A stretch of 64,000 nt of DNA from an uncultured Gemmatimonadales bacterium (lineage in GTDB: Bacteria; Gemmatimonadota; Gemmatimonadetes; Gemmatimonadales; GWC2-71-9): NCBI GenBank assembly GCA_963828735.1, contig CAWHFW010000002.1, positions 224,001 through 288,000 of the forward strand, given 5' to 3'. The notes beneath the pieces were generated by a model. It had not been told where the DNA came from. It did not search any database and was given only the letters and a program-made list of their open reading frames with translations. Within the stretch, counting starts at the first letter, position 1, and each line of letters opens with the position of its first letter. A program made the position numbers and the translations under genes. Shown piece by piece: positions 19,630 through 32,546 of the stretch.

Positions 19630-20626
19630 CTCTATTGAAGAAAAGAAGATAGCCCAGGGGGTCGGGGCGAGCAACCAAGTCTTCGCCACCCAATGCAAGA
19701 AGTGCCGCGCGCAGATCTCCCGGCCAATCCGAGCGGAATTCAAGTGGCTCGCCCGACGAAGGATGGCGGAATGCCAGAGCAGCCGCGTGCAATGCCTGAC
19801 GGGGCGTGGCCGCCTCGAGCACCTCGGCGGCCCTTCGGGCCACGCCCGAGATGCGCCGGCTCCCCCCGCCCGTATAGACCGAATCGCCGACCACCGGGTG
19901 CCCGATGTGCTCCAGGTGCACCCGGATCTGGTGGGTGCGGCCGGTGTGCAGCTCGAGCCGGAGCAGGTCCGCCACTCCGAACCGGCCGACCACGAAGGCG
20001 TCGGTTCGGGCCTGGCGTCCTTCGGGCGCGATCGTCATGCGTTTTCGGTTGGTCGAATGCCGTGCCACGGGTGCCTCGATCACGGTGGGCGTCGCGTCGA
20101 GGTGGCCCCAGGTGAGCGCGGCGTAGGTGCGGCGTACCCGTCGGGCCGCGATGGCGGCGCCAAGACGTCGATGCGCGAGGTCGGTCTTGGCGACGACCAT
20201 GAGGCCCGAGGTATCCCGATCGAGCCGGTGCACGATGCCCGGCCGTCCCTCGGCCCCGCCCGACAGCGTGGTCCCGCGCGCGACCAGCGCGTTCACCAGG
20301 GTATCGTCCCAGTGACCCGGCGCTGGATGCACGACGAGCCCGGCTGGCTTGTCGATCACGGCAACATGCTCGTCCTCGTACAGGACCGTGAGCGGGATGG
20401 CGGCTGGTCGGAGGGTGCGGGGCGGCTCGTGGTCGGGGAACCGGACGGTGATACGCTCGCCACGCGCGAGGAGGCGGGAGGCGCGCGCCGGCTTGCCCTC
20501 CACGTCCACCGCCTTGTCGGCGACCAGCCGCGCCGCCTGCGTGCGCGAGAGGCCAAGCTGGTCGGCGAGGAATCGGTCGAGGCGCTCGGTGGCCCCGACC
20601 CAGACCGTGAAGCTCAGCTCAGGCAG
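19622..20626 (-). CDS. rluD: RluA/RluD-family pseudouridine synthase with S4 domain; probable CTG start
   Basis: RLDRFLADQLGLSRTQ (S4), DKPAGLVVHP, GIVHRLDRDTSG, TGRTHQIRVH. Confidence 0.9.
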   Translation of the reverse strand: MPELSFTVWVGATERLDRFLADQLGLSRTQAARLVADKAVDVEGKPARASRLLARGERITVRFPDHEPPRTLRPAAIPLTVLYEDEHVAVIDKPAGLVVHPAPGHWDDTLVNALVARGTTLSGGAEGRPGIVHRLDRDTSGLMVVAKTDLAHRRLGAAIAARRVRRTYAALTWGHLDATPTVIEAPVARHSTNRKRMTIAPEGRQARTDAFVVGRFGVADLLRLELHTGRTHQIRVHLEHIGHPVVGDSVYTGGGSRRISGVARRAAEVLEAATPRQALHAAALAFRHPSSGEPLEFRSDWPGDLRAALLALGGEDLVARPDPLGYLLFFNRDG

Positions 20627-21149
20627 CCGAGGCGGACTCCGGTTCGGGGCGGCGGGCGTCTTCCCGCCAGAGGGAGATGGCGAGCGCGATGGCGCCGCAG
20701 CTCACGGCGATGTCGGCGACGTTGAAGGTAGGCCACCGGAGGGCGCCGATGCCGACGTCGAGGAAGTCCACGACGCCGCGGCCGCTCCGGATGCGGTCGA
20801 TGAGGTTGCCCGCCGCGCCGCCGGCGACGAGGCCGAGCGCGAGCTGGCGGAATCGGTCGCCGGCGGGGGCGCTCCGGCTCATGCGCGCCAGCACGAACAC
20901 CGCGACCAGCGCGACCGTGAAGAAGATCCAGCGCGAGTACGGCCCCACGTGCAGCCCGAACGCCGCGCCCTGGTTGTAGACCAGGCGGAGCTGGAACCAG
21001 TCGCCCAGGACGGAGATCCCCGGCGTGCGAAGAAGCGTGGCCTCGGCGATGATCTTCGTGATCAGGTCGAGCACCACCGTCACCGCCGCCGCCGTCCAGA
21101 ACACCCGGCGCTCGGCGCCGAGTGACTGAAGGTCAGCGGCGCTTTCCAT
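20619..21149 (-). CDS. lspA: Lipoprotein signal peptidase II
   Basis: NQGAAFG, GGAAGNLIDR, VVDFL, FNVAD. Confidence 0.96.
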   Translation of the reverse strand: MESAADLQSLGAERRVFWTAAAVTVVLDLITKIIAEATLLRTPGISVLGDWFQLRLVYNQGAAFGLHVGPYSRWIFFTVALVAVFVLARMSRSAPAGDRFRQLALGLVAGGAAGNLIDRIRSGRGVVDFLDVGIGALRWPTFNVADIAVSCGAIALAISLWREDARRPEPESASAA

Positions 21150-21516
21150 CTTCTTCTTTCTCCTTGCAGGTGATGCACAGCCGTGCGTGCGGTAGCGCAT
21201 CCAGCCGCTCGAAGTTGATCTCCTGGCCGCACTGATGGCAATGGCCGAACTTGTCGGGGGTGCCATAGAGGCGGCGCAGCGCCTCGTTCACGTGCCAGAG
21301 ATAGCGACCCTCCTGCGACGCGAACAGGAACTGCTTTTCGCGCTCCATGGCGTCGGTGCCCTGATCGGCCATGTGGAAGGAATAGGATGACAGGTCGCCA
21401 TCGGCCGATTGCAGCGTGGCGTTGAACGACTCGTCGTAGTAGCCCAGCTCCTTCATGACGCGGGCCCGTTCCTCCAGGAGACGCTTCTCGAGATGCGTGA
21501 GTTGTTTCTTGTTCAT
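21133..21516 (-). CDS. TraR/DksA C4 zinc-finger protein
   Basis: HMADQGTDAMERE; CHQC...ERLDALPHARLCITC. Confidence 0.92.
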   Translation of the reverse strand: MNKKQLTHLEKRLLEERARVMKELGYYDESFNATLQSADGDLSSYSFHMADQGTDAMEREKQFLFASQEGRYLWHVNEALRRLYGTPDKFGHCHQCGQEINFERLDALPHARLCITCKEKEEDGKRR

Positions 21517-24500
21517 GCCCTATCCGTGGGTTGAGGGCCGCTGCCGGCCCGACCGTCCCTGTCGCGCTGCACTCCCAGCACTACGCCGTGTCCTTCGATG
21601 TCCACCTGGTGCTCCAGATCCGGGGCCGGCGCGCGTGCGCCGAGCTCGAGCCGGCGGGCGAGCGTCTCGCCGCGAATGAAGTCGGCGTGTACCCGGGCCG
21701 CCTCGAGCACCGGCGCTCCGCCGTCCATCCACACACCGATCCGATCGGTGTAGACGTACCCGGCTTCTTTCCGGAGGCGCTGAATGCGGTTCACCACCTC
21801 CCGAGCGGTACCTTCGCGACGGAGCTCCTCGTCGAGCCGCGGATCGAGCGCTGCAACGTACGGGCCGTCGCTGGCGACGATCCAGTCGCTCGCGACCTCG
21901 CGCTCGACGACGACGTCCTCCGGCAGATAGGTGACACCCTCCCCGTCGAGCGAGAGGCTGGCTTCCCGTCCCTGCTCCAGCCCGCGGAGCTGGTCCGCCG
22001 TGAGACGGCTCGCGGCCTCGGCGACCTGGGGCGTCCGTTTCCCGTAGCGCTTGCCCAGCGAGCGGAAGTTGGCCCGGCCCCGAAGCCGGACGAGATCCGC
22101 GTCGGAGCTCACCGTTTCGATGGCCTTCACGTTCACCTCGAGCCGGAGCAGTTCGAGCACGCCGTCGAAGGCGGGCCCGCGCACCGCGGCCGGGACCGCG
22201 ATCTGCATGCGGGCCAGCGGCTGACGCACCGGCAGCTTCCGCTCCTGCCGCGCGCCATGTGCCAGGGAGGCCAGCCGGCGCACGGCGTCCATCGCACTCT
22301 CGAGCGAGCCCTCCCGCCGGCCCGCGGTCATCGGAAACCGCGCGAGGTGGACCGAGGTTCCCGTGAGGGCGCGGTGCAGCCAATCGCTGGCGAACGGCGC
22401 CGCCGGCCCGAGCAACCGAGTGACCGTGACCAGGGCCTCATGCAGGGTGGCGAGGGCCGCGGGATCGGCGACGCTGTCCACCGCCCAGAACCGCGCGCGG
22501 TTGGCCCGCACGTACCACTGGCTCACGTCGTCCACCACGAATTCCATCAGGGCCCTGACCCCGGCGGTGGGGTCGTACTGCCCCCACGCGGCGTGCACCG
22601 CCTCGACCGTGGCATCGAGCCGGCTCAGGAGCCAGCGGTCGACCAGCGGACGATCGGCGGGAGCCGGCGAGTCGCCGGGCGTCCATTCACCCGCGTAGCC
22701 CGCGAAGAACGCGTAGCTGTTCCTGAGCGCGTTGAAGAACTTGCCCGCCGCGTCCTTGATCGTGCTCTTGTCGAAGCGCTTCGGCAGCCACACCTGGCTG
22801 GAAGCGAGCAGATACAGGCGGACGGCGTCGGCGCCGAACTCCTCGATCATCTCCCAGGGGTTCACCACATTGCCGCGGCTCTTCGACATCTTCTGGCCCT
22901 CGGCGTCGAGGACCAGCTCGTTCACGATCACGTTCCGGTACGCCGTGCTGTCGAACGCGGTCGTCGCGATCGCGAGCAGCGAATAGAACCAGCCCCGGGT
23001 CTGGTCCACGCCCTCGCAGATGTAGTCGGCCGGGAAATGGGCCTGGAACTCCTCCGCGTGCTCGAACGGGTAGTGCCACTGCGCATACGGCATCGAGCCC
23101 GAGTCGAACCAGGTGTCGATCACCTCGGGCGCGCGATGCTTGAGGCCGCCGCACGCGCACCCCCACGTGTAGGTGTCGATGTGCGGCTTGTGCGGGTCGA
23201 AGTCGGGCGGCAGCGCCTGGCCCCACCGCTCGGCGAGATCCGCGTAGCTCCCGACCACGTCCACGTGCGACGGGTCGCGGTCGCACACCCACACCGGGAG
23301 CGGCGTGCCCCAGTAGCGGTCCCGCGAGAGCGCCCAGTCCACGTTGTTCTCGAGCCACTCGCCGAACCGTCCCGCGCCGACCTCGGGCGGATGCCACGCC
23401 ACCTCGCTGTTGAGCGCCAGCATCCGCTGCTTCGCCGCCGACGTGCGCACGAACCAGCTGTCGCGCGCGTAGTAGATGAGCGGGCTCGAGCAGCGCCAGC
23501 AGTGCGGGTACGTGTGCGTGTGCGACTGCGTCAGATGCCAACGGCCGTCCTGCTTGAGCCGCTGAATGATCAGCTCGTTGGTCTCGCGGGCGGTCACCAG
23601 CCGGCCTTCAATCTCGGGCCAGCTCGTGCCGACCAAGGTGCCGTCTCCCGCGACCGGCCGCACCAGCGCCAGCCCGTGCTCGATGCCGGCCTGAAAGTCG
23701 TCCGCGCCGAACGCCGGCGCCATATGGACGAGCCCCGACCCATCCTCGGCGGTGACGAAGTCCCCCAGGACGACGAGGCGGCTGGCTCGGTCCTCGGGCA
23801 GCGGCACGACCTCGAGGGGCCGACGATACCGCAGCCCGGCCAGCTCGCGGCCCGGGAAGGTGCGCACGGCGCCGAGCTCGGCGAAGGTCGGCGCGCCCTT
23901 GGCGGAGCTGCTCGGCAAGGCCGCGGCGCGGGCCGTGGCGAGGATCAGCCGGCGGTCGCCCACCTGATACTCGCCGTACTCGAGATCGGGATGCGCCGCC
24001 ACCGCGACGTTCGACAGCAAGGTCCACGGAGTCGTGGTCCAGATGAGCAGCTGGCGCGAGGGATCGTCGGCCAGGGGAAAGGTCACGTAAATCGAGTTGG
24101 TGGTGACCTCGTCGTAGCCCAGCGCGAGCTCATGGCTCGAGAGCACTGTTCCGCAGCGCGGGCAATACGGGAGCACCCGGTGGCCACGGTACAGGAAATC
24201 GCGCTCGTGCAGGCGACGCAGCAGCCACCAGACGGTCTCGATGTACTCGTTGCTGCACGTGATATACGGATGCTCGTAGTCGAGCCAGTAGCCGATGCGG
24301 TCCGAGAGCGCTTCCCAGTCCGACTGGTATCTGAACACGCTCTTTCGCGCCCGCGCGTTGAACTCGGCCACCCCGAACTTCTCGATGTCCTTCTTCCCGC
24401 TGAGCTTGAGCTCCTTCTCGACCTCGATCTCCACCGGCAGGCCGTGCGTATCCCATCCCGCGATGCGCGTGACCTCCTTGCCCTGCATCGCGTGATAACG

Positions 24501-24707
24501 GCAGATGAGGTCCTTGATCGTCCGGGAGAAGACGTGATGGATCCCCGGGCGGCCGTTCGCGGTGGGCGGACCCTCGTAGAACACGAATGGCTCCCCGCCG
24601 CGCCCGGCGTCCAGCGTCCGCTGGAACAGGCCCTCGGCCTTCCACTGCTCGAGCATCTGTCGCTCGAGCCGGTCGGCGCCGAGATCGGGCCAGAGGGAAA
24701 ACGCCAT
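21513..24707 (-). CDS. ileS: Isoleucine--tRNA ligase, type 2 (GIHH signature)
   Basis: YEGPPTANGRPGIHH, GWDTHGLP, WTTTPWT, CEGVDQTRGWFY, KMSKS. Confidence 0.97.
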   Translation of the reverse strand: MAFSLWPDLGADRLERQMLEQWKAEGLFQRTLDAGRGGEPFVFYEGPPTANGRPGIHHVFSRTIKDLICRYHAMQGKEVTRIAGWDTHGLPVEIEVEKELKLSGKKDIEKFGVAEFNARARKSVFRYQSDWEALSDRIGYWLDYEHPYITCSNEYIETVWWLLRRLHERDFLYRGHRVLPYCPRCGTVLSSHELALGYDEVTTNSIYVTFPLADDPSRQLLIWTTTPWTLLSNVAVAAHPDLEYGEYQVGDRRLILATARAAALPSSSAKGAPTFAELGAVRTFPGRELAGLRYRRPLEVVPLPEDRASRLVVLGDFVTAEDGSGLVHMAPAFGADDFQAGIEHGLALVRPVAGDGTLVGTSWPEIEGRLVTARETNELIIQRLKQDGRWHLTQSHTHTYPHCWRCSSPLIYYARDSWFVRTSAAKQRMLALNSEVAWHPPEVGAGRFGEWLENNVDWALSRDRYWGTPLPVWVCDRDPSHVDVVGSYADLAERWGQALPPDFDPHKPHIDTYTWGCACGGLKHRAPEVIDTWFDSGSMPYAQWHYPFEHAEEFQAHFPADYICEGVDQTRGWFYSLLAIATTAFDSTAYRNVIVNELVLDAEGQKMSKSRGNVVNPWEMIEEFGADAVRLYLLASSQVWLPKRFDKSTIKDAAGKFFNALRNSYAFFAGYAGEWTPGDSPAPADRPLVDRWLLSRLDATVEAVHAAWGQYDPTAGVRALMEFVVDDVSQWYVRANRARFWAVDSVADPAALATLHEALVTVTRLLGPAAPFASDWLHRALTGTSVHLARFPMTAGRREGSLESAMDAVRRLASLAHGARQERKLPVRQPLARMQIAVPAAVRGPAFDGVLELLRLEVNVKAIETVSSDADLVRLRGRANFRSLGKRYGKRTPQVAEAASRLTADQLRGLEQGREASLSLDGEGVTYLPEDVVVEREVASDWIVASDGPYVAALDPRLDEELRREGTAREVVNRIQRLRKEAGYVYTDRIGVWMDGGAPVLEAARVHADFIRGETLARRLELGARAPAPDLEHQVDIEGHGVVLGVQRDRDGRAGSGPQPTDRA

Positions 24708-25540
24708 CAGGACAGCCGCTCCACCAGTGTGGTGACGAGCCGCGTCAGGCCGGGCTCGGCCCGGTTCGCGGTCGCGATGATCTTGCCGATGTCGGCCGGC
24801 TCCAGGGCATCGGGCAGGCACTGATCAGTGATGATGGAGATGCCGACGGTGCGCATCCCCTGGTGGTTCGCCACGATCACCTCGGGCACCGTGGACATGC
24901 CCACGACGTCGGCGCCCAGGACGCGCAGCATCCGATACTCCGCCCGGGTCTCGAGGTTCGGTCCCGCCACCGCGACGTACACTCCCTCGCGAAGCACGAT
25001 GCCGAGCTCGAGCGCGGCCGCGCGGGCCAGGGCGCGAAGCTCGGGATCGTACGGGGCCGACATGTCGGGGAACCGAGGCCCGAGCCGCTCGTCGTTGGCG
25101 CCCACGAGCGGGTTGTCGCCGAGGAGGTTGATGTGATCGCTGATCAGCACCAGGTCCCCGGGGTTCCACAGCGGGTGCATCCCGCCGCAGGCATTCGACA
25201 CCACCAGCGTGCGCGCCCCGAGCGCGTGCAGCACGCGCACGGGAAAGGTCACCTCCTGGAGGTCGTACCCTTCGTAGCGATGGAACCGGCCCTGCATCGC
25301 CACCACCGGGCGCCCCCCGAGCCGGCCGAGGAGCAGCTTCCCGGCATGGGTCTCGACCGTGGACAGCGGGAAGCCCGGGATGTCGCCGTACGCGATCTCG
25401 GCGTCCACCGCGATTTCACGCGCGAGCCCGCCGAGGCCGGTGCCAAGGATGATCCCTACCTCGGGCGCCACGGCGCTTCGACCCCGTACCGACTCTGCCG
25501 CGGCGTGTACGCGATCGAACAGCGATGTCGCCACCGTCAT
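24707..25540 (-). CDS. Purine-nucleoside phosphorylase (trimeric type)
   Basis: [35 protein letters not shown]. Confidence 0.95.
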   Translation of the reverse strand: MTVATSLFDRVHAAAESVRGRSAVAPEVGIILGTGLGGLAREIAVDAEIAYGDIPGFPLSTVETHAGKLLLGRLGGRPVVAMQGRFHRYEGYDLQEVTFPVRVLHALGARTLVVSNACGGMHPLWNPGDLVLISDHINLLGDNPLVGANDERLGPRFPDMSAPYDPELRALARAAALELGIVLREGVYVAVAGPNLETRAEYRMLRVLGADVVGMSTVPEVIVANHQGMRTVGISIITDQCLPDALEPADIGKIIATANRAEPGLTRLVTTLVERLS

Positions 25541-26220
25541 GCGCGGTCTCCGAACAACACCGTCCCCAGCCGAACCATCGTCGCGCCTTCCTCCACTGCC
25601 ACGGGATAGTCGCTCGACATGCCCATCGAGAGCTCCGGCAGCCGATGTCCCCGACGCTCCTCGGCGTCGCGGAGGTCGCGAAGGCGGCGGAATGCCCGGC
25701 GCTGCTCGACCACGTCGTCCGTGAGGGCGCTCATGGTCATGAGCCCCCGGACCTCGAGCCTTCCGAAGCGTGCTAATCCGTCCAGGAGCGCGGGAAGGCC
25801 CGCTGGCTCGACGCCGCCCTTCTGTGGCTCGTCGCTGCAGTTGACCTGAACGAGGATGGCCTGGCGCTGGTCCGCTGCGACCCGCCGATCGAGCTCGGCC
25901 GCGAGGTCCTCCCGATCCAGCGAATGGATCAGGGCGAACCGGCCCGCCGCATGGCGCGCCTTGTTTCGCTGCAACGTACCGATGAGATGCCACGACACGG
26001 CAACATCCCCGAGTGCCGCCTGCTTCTCCTGGGCTTCCTGGACCCGATTCTCTCCCACGTCCGCGAGCCCGGCGGCCAGCGCCGCCCGGATCGCCTCCGG
26101 GCCATGGGTCTTCGTCACGGCCACGATCCGCACCGGATGCGTCCAACCCACGATGGCCTGGTGCCTGGCCACGGTGTCACGTACCCGGGCGAGGCTGCCA
26201 GGGAGGGCCGGGAAGTCCAT
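25537..26220 (-). CDS. yggS: YggS/PLP homeostasis protein
   Basis: [33 protein letters not shown]. Confidence 0.95.
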   Translation of the reverse strand: MDFPALPGSLARVRDTVARHQAIVGWTHPVRIVAVTKTHGPEAIRAALAAGLADVGENRVQEAQEKQAALGDVAVSWHLIGTLQRNKARHAAGRFALIHSLDREDLAAELDRRVAADQRQAILVQVNCSDEPQKGGVEPAGLPALLDGLARFGRLEVRGLMTMSALTDDVVEQRRAFRRLRDLRDAEERRGHRLPELSMGMSSDYPVAVEEGATMVRLGTVLFGDRA

Positions 26221-26249
26221 AGCCTCGGAATTTACTTGAGGTTGGGCGG

Positions 26250-28616
26250 TTATTGCAGGGGCGGGCCAGCCGATTCCGAGGGACCTCCGGTGTCCAGGGT
26301 GACGGAGTCCACGACGGCTTGGAGCGCGGTCCGGAGGTCGCGGCTCCCGGAGAGGTTGGAGGACAGTTCGGCCGCCTCGCGTAGGCGGCTCCGGTCCCGA
26401 CGCCCGGCGTAGGCGTAGACCAGCAGCGCGGGAGGGAGGCCCAGGGTCGCCGCGACGCTGGCGCTGGTGCTTTCGAGCTCCTGGGCGCCCCGGCTCGCCA
26501 GCTTGCCATAGCGATAGGTGGAGAACACCAGCTGCTCGGTGGCCCGGACGTCCAGCGGCACGCCGGTGAGCCGATGAAGGTCGAGGTCGCCGCTGGTGGT
26601 GTCCGGGCGTTCTGGCAGGAGCTCATAGCCCAGCCCACGCTGAACGACGTAGTCGCCGAGCCCGGCAAAGCTACGCCCGGCGGTGGCCCCCCACACGATC
26701 GGTCGTCGGCCGAGGTTCTGCTGGACCAGCGCCAATGTAAGGATGTCGTTGGGGTACAGGAACGTCCCTTTGGGGAGCGTCCGCGTGAGCGGCCCGAGCT
26801 GCACGTCCTGGGGGGCGGCCACGAGATACCCGCGCATGGACGCGTCGATCATCGAGTCCGTCATAGTGTGCGCCGGCATCGTGGGGCGCGGGATGATTCG
26901 GGAACGCCACACGGGAGGCAGCGCGGCCTCGTCGAGCGGCCGTGTCGGCGCGTCGCGAAGCTGGCGCATGTACCAGTCGGTGTTGGCCAGCGCCAGGCAG
27001 ACCACGGTGACATCGCGGCGGATGCCGTCCACCTCCTGGGCCCACCACAACGGAAAGGTGTCGTTGTCGCCGTAGGTGAAGAGGATCGCGTAGGGTGGCG
27101 CGCTGTTGAGCAGGTCGTAGGCGAAGTCGGCGGCGAGGCGGGCGTCCACGCCCTGACGTCGAGAGGCCGCTCTCCAATTGAGTGTGACCGGGAGGAGTGC
27201 CACGAGCAGCACGGCCGGTGCCAGGCGGGCCCACCGCCCGCCACGAACCGCGATCGCCCGGGCGACCTCCGACAGCCCGATCCCGGCCCACAGTCCCCAG
27301 ACGATGAAGCTCACGACGAAGAAGTAGTCGCGCTCGCGCACCTCGTGATCGTTCGGTTCGCGCCAGATATCGAACCACCGCGCGTAGCCGGGCCGGAAGT
27401 TCATGTAGAGAACCAGGCCGACTCCGGTGACCAGCCAGAGCATGAAGAGGAGCCACCAACTCGCTCGATCCTGTCGCCGCTGCGCGAAGAGGCCGCGAAG
27501 CCCGAGCGATGCGAATACGAGAGTCACCAGGGTGCGCACCGGGAGCGGCCCCAGCAGGCCCCCGAGGGAGCGCGCCCACTGCCAATCGAACCAGACGAAG
27601 TAGTCACCGAACTGGACGGCGAGGAGCGAGAGCGAGCGCCCCGGGTTGTTGCTGCCCGACGCCACCGTCGGATCATCGAGTGGCGTTCGCGGTGGATACT
27701 GCGCCCGCCGGATAACGGCGAGCAGCGCGTCGAACGTCGCCGGGGCGGCCTCGTTGATGGGTGGATGCTGCGCGGCGCGGAGGTACAGGTACAGGTACGG
27801 AGTGACGCCGACGGCGGCGATGACGAGACTCGCGGCGGCGAAACGCCCTGCCCCACCGCCCGCCGCGTACCCCGCGGCCACCAGGAAGCACAGCGCGCCC
27901 AGGATGATGAGCGCGGTGCTTCCAAGTCCCGTGCCGATCAAGAGCGCCCAGACACCCGCCACCACGGCGACCTCGCCCCACTCGGCCCGCCGTGCCGCTG
28001 CATCGGGCGCGGGCTCGGCCCGGAGGGTGGCCGCGAGGAAGGCGACGATCGCGGGGCCCGCCAGCAGGGCGAGCAGGTGGTTGCCGATCGAGCTGCCCGC
28101 CAAGTAGACCACGAGCAGCAGCAGTCGCCCCGCCCGAGGTTCTCCCCGGTGCCGCCGCCACAACATCGCCGTCCACGCCATGGCCGCGATCGTGAAGGTC
28201 GCGACGGCGTAGACCTCCGTCTCGTTGGAGTTCTGCCAGTTCGTGAACGTGAAGGCGCCGATGACCGCCGAGGCGGCGGCGGTGAGCAGCCGGCCACGAG
28301 CTTCGAGCTGCCGGAGCGACTCGTGCACTACGAGGAAGAAGCCCGCCGCGCCCGCCGCGCTGAGGAGCGCGCTCAGCAGGTTCGTGCGCGCCGCGTACTC
28401 GCCCACGGGCACCAGCATGCCCCAGACGTGCGCGATCATGACGAAGAGCGGCGTCCCCGGCGGATGCGGTATGCCGAGGACGCGAGCCGACGCGATGAAC
28501 TCGCCGGCGTCCCAGAACGTCACGGTCGGCGCCAGGGTGGCCGCGTAGCCGGCGAGCACGACGAGGGCGACCACCGCGGCCGCGCGCCAGGGAATCCGCG
28601 TCGTGGATGAGGTCAT
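26250..28616 (-). CDS. DUF2723 (TMEM260-like, GT-C) polytopic membrane protein
   Basis: FWDAGEFI...GIPHPPGTP, VRERDYFF, FTYGDNDTFPLWWAQEV. Confidence 0.88.
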   Translation of the reverse strand: MTSSTTRIPWRAAAVVALVVLAGYAATLAPTVTFWDAGEFIASARVLGIPHPPGTPLFVMIAHVWGMLVPVGEYAARTNLLSALLSAAGAAGFFLVVHESLRQLEARGRLLTAAASAVIGAFTFTNWQNSNETEVYAVATFTIAAMAWTAMLWRRHRGEPRAGRLLLLVVYLAGSSIGNHLLALLAGPAIVAFLAATLRAEPAPDAAARRAEWGEVAVVAGVWALLIGTGLGSTALIILGALCFLVAAGYAAGGGAGRFAAASLVIAAVGVTPYLYLYLRAAQHPPINEAAPATFDALLAVIRRAQYPPRTPLDDPTVASGSNNPGRSLSLLAVQFGDYFVWFDWQWARSLGGLLGPLPVRTLVTLVFASLGLRGLFAQRRQDRASWWLLFMLWLVTGVGLVLYMNFRPGYARWFDIWREPNDHEVRERDYFFVVSFIVWGLWAGIGLSEVARAIAVRGGRWARLAPAVLLVALLPVTLNWRAASRRQGVDARLAADFAYDLLNSAPPYAILFTYGDNDTFPLWWAQEVDGIRRDVTVVCLALANTDWYMRQLRDAPTRPLDEAALPPVWRSRIIPRPTMPAHTMTDSMIDASMRGYLVAAPQDVQLGPLTRTLPKGTFLYPNDILTLALVQQNLGRRPIVWGATAGRSFAGLGDYVVQRGLGYELLPERPDTTSGDLDLHRLTGVPLDVRATEQLVFSTYRYGKLASRGAQELESTSASVAATLGLPPALLVYAYAGRRDRSRLREAAELSSNLSGSRDLRTALQAVVDSVTLDTGGPSESAGPPLQ

Positions 28617-29392
28617 GCGCGCGGCGCGACCACGGCCGCACCGCGTCCGGCGAGGAGGGCCGACACCTGCTCCGTGGTGAGCCCGCGCTGGAGGGAGCCA
28701 CCCTGGGCGAGGGAGACGTTGGCGGTCTCCTCGGAAATGACCAGGACCAGCGCGTCGGTCTCCTCCGAGAGTCCGAGGGCGGCGCGATGTCGTGTGCCGA
28801 GGGAGCGGTCGCTGACCGGGTTCTGCGTCAAGGGCAGGATGCACGCGGCGCCGACGATCTCGTCACCCCGGACGACCACCGCGCCGTCGTGCAGCGGCGA
28901 GTAGGGGCTGAAGATGGTCGCCAGCAGGTCGGCGGACACGGAGGCGCGCATGGGCGTTCCGCTGTCGAGATATTCGTCGAGCCGCACCTCCCGCTCGACC
29001 ACGATGATGGCGCCCGTGGCGCTCCGACTCAGGCGCTCGACCGCCTGGGCGATCTCCTCGGCGGCGCCCGGCCCGGGCCCGCCGCCGAACACGCGGAAGA
29101 CGCGGCTCTGCCCGAGACGCGCCAGCGCCTGGCGCAGCTCGGGCTGGAACACCACCAGCACGGCGAACACGCCGTAGGTGAACACGACGCCGAGCAGGTA
29201 GGTGATCATGCTCAGCTTGAGCAGAAACGCCACGAAGTAGATGACGGCGAGCACCAGGAGGCCGAACACGATCTGGAGGGCGCGCGTGCCCACGAGGAAG
29301 CGGAGCAGCGCATACACGACGTAGGCGACCACGACGATCTCGAGCAGGTCGCGCCAGCCCGGGGTTGGAAACGGCAGCGCTCCGAGCGGCAC
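28613..29392 (-). CDS. cdaA: Diadenylate cyclase CdaA
   Basis: Three TM helices, FQPELR, PLHDGA, GTRHRAA, SEET. Confidence 0.95.
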   Translation of the reverse strand: MPLGALPFPTPGWRDLLEIVVVAYVVYALLRFLVGTRALQIVFGLLVLAVIYFVAFLLKLSMITYLLGVVFTYGVFAVLVVFQPELRQALARLGQSRVFRVFGGGPGPGAAEEIAQAVERLSRSATGAIIVVEREVRLDEYLDSGTPMRASVSADLLATIFSPYSPLHDGAVVVRGDEIVGAACILPLTQNPVSDRSLGTRHRAALGLSEETDALVLVISEETANVSLAQGGSLQRGLTTEQVSALLAGRGAAVVAPRA

Positions 29393-30557
29393 TACGGCCC
29401 GCCTAGCGCGGCAGCGAACGCGAGGGCGTCGCGTGCCGCGGCGACGTCGTGCACCCGGAAGAGACGGGCGCCTCGCTCCCATGCGAGCGTGCACGCGACG
29501 GCGGTCGCGTGGTCGCGTGCCTCCACGGGCTGGGCCGTGACGGCGCCGAGGAACCGCTTGCGGGACGGACCGACCAGCACCGGTCTGCCGAGCGCGTGGA
29601 GCGCCTCGAGCTCATCGAAGAGCACCAGGTTCTGTTCGACGGTCTTCGAGAAGCCGAAGCCGGGGTCCACGACGACGGCGTCGGCCGGGACGCCCGCATC
29701 CCCGGCCCGTCCGACGGCCGAGCGGAGCTCGGCGACAACCTCCGACACCACGTCGGCATACGTGGCGTGCGTGTACGAGGCCAGCTCCAGGATGTCGCCC
29801 CGCGAATGCATGAGTACGAGACCCGCCCCGCCGGTCGCCACGGTCGTCGCCATCGCCGGATCCAGCCGCAGTCCCGACACGTCGTTAATGGCCGCGGCGC
29901 CCGCCTCGAGCACCGCCCGCGCCACGGGTGCCTTCACGGTGTCTACCGTAATCACGAGCGACGGGTGCCGCCGGACGAGCGCTTCCACGACGGGTACCAC
30001 ACGCTCGAGCTCGAGCTCCACCGGGACCACTTCGGTGCGGCCCGGACGGGTCGATTCGCCACCCACGTCCACCACGTGGGCCCCACCCTCGAGCAGCGCG
30101 TCGGCCTGCGCGAGGGCCGAGTCCACACCCGTGAACTGCCCCCCGTCGCTGAAGCTGTCGGGGGTCACGTTGAGGATGCCCATCAACACCGGTCGCTGGA
30201 GCGGAACGTGCCCCCGCGCCGTCTCCCAGACGGCCGCGGCGTCGCCCGGCATCGCGAGGCCCACGTCGACCGCGACCTGCGAAAGCGCTGGAGGGACCAG
30301 CCACGGACGCGCGAACGCGCTCAGCCGCGATCGGCTGCCCGAGAGCAGCGCCCAATCGTCACCGGTGAGCACCTCGAGACCGAGCGCGCCCGAATGCCGG
30401 ACCAGCGCCTCGAGGGCGCCCTGGTCCAGTCCGGTCAGATGGAATGCGAGAGGATGGATGCCGCCAGCGGCAGCGGTGGCCGGGCCGTCGTCCCACCCGT
30501 GCGCGCGGAGCAGATCCCGCACCGCGCGCGCCGAGTGGAGCGCCAGCGGCGTGACGG

Positions 30558-30561
<4 letters not shown>
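29392..30561 (-). CDS. folP: Dihydropteroate synthase with N-terminal extension
   Basis: [39 protein letters not shown]. Confidence 0.96.

Positions 30562-32546
<1,985 letters not shown>

Noticed and set aside
21531..24824. Long plus-strand ORFs (1097 aa here; also 14106-16373, 16238-18265, 31113-33155 and others)
   Set aside because: Antisense shadows of clear minus-strand genes in high-GC DNA, with no recognisable motifs.
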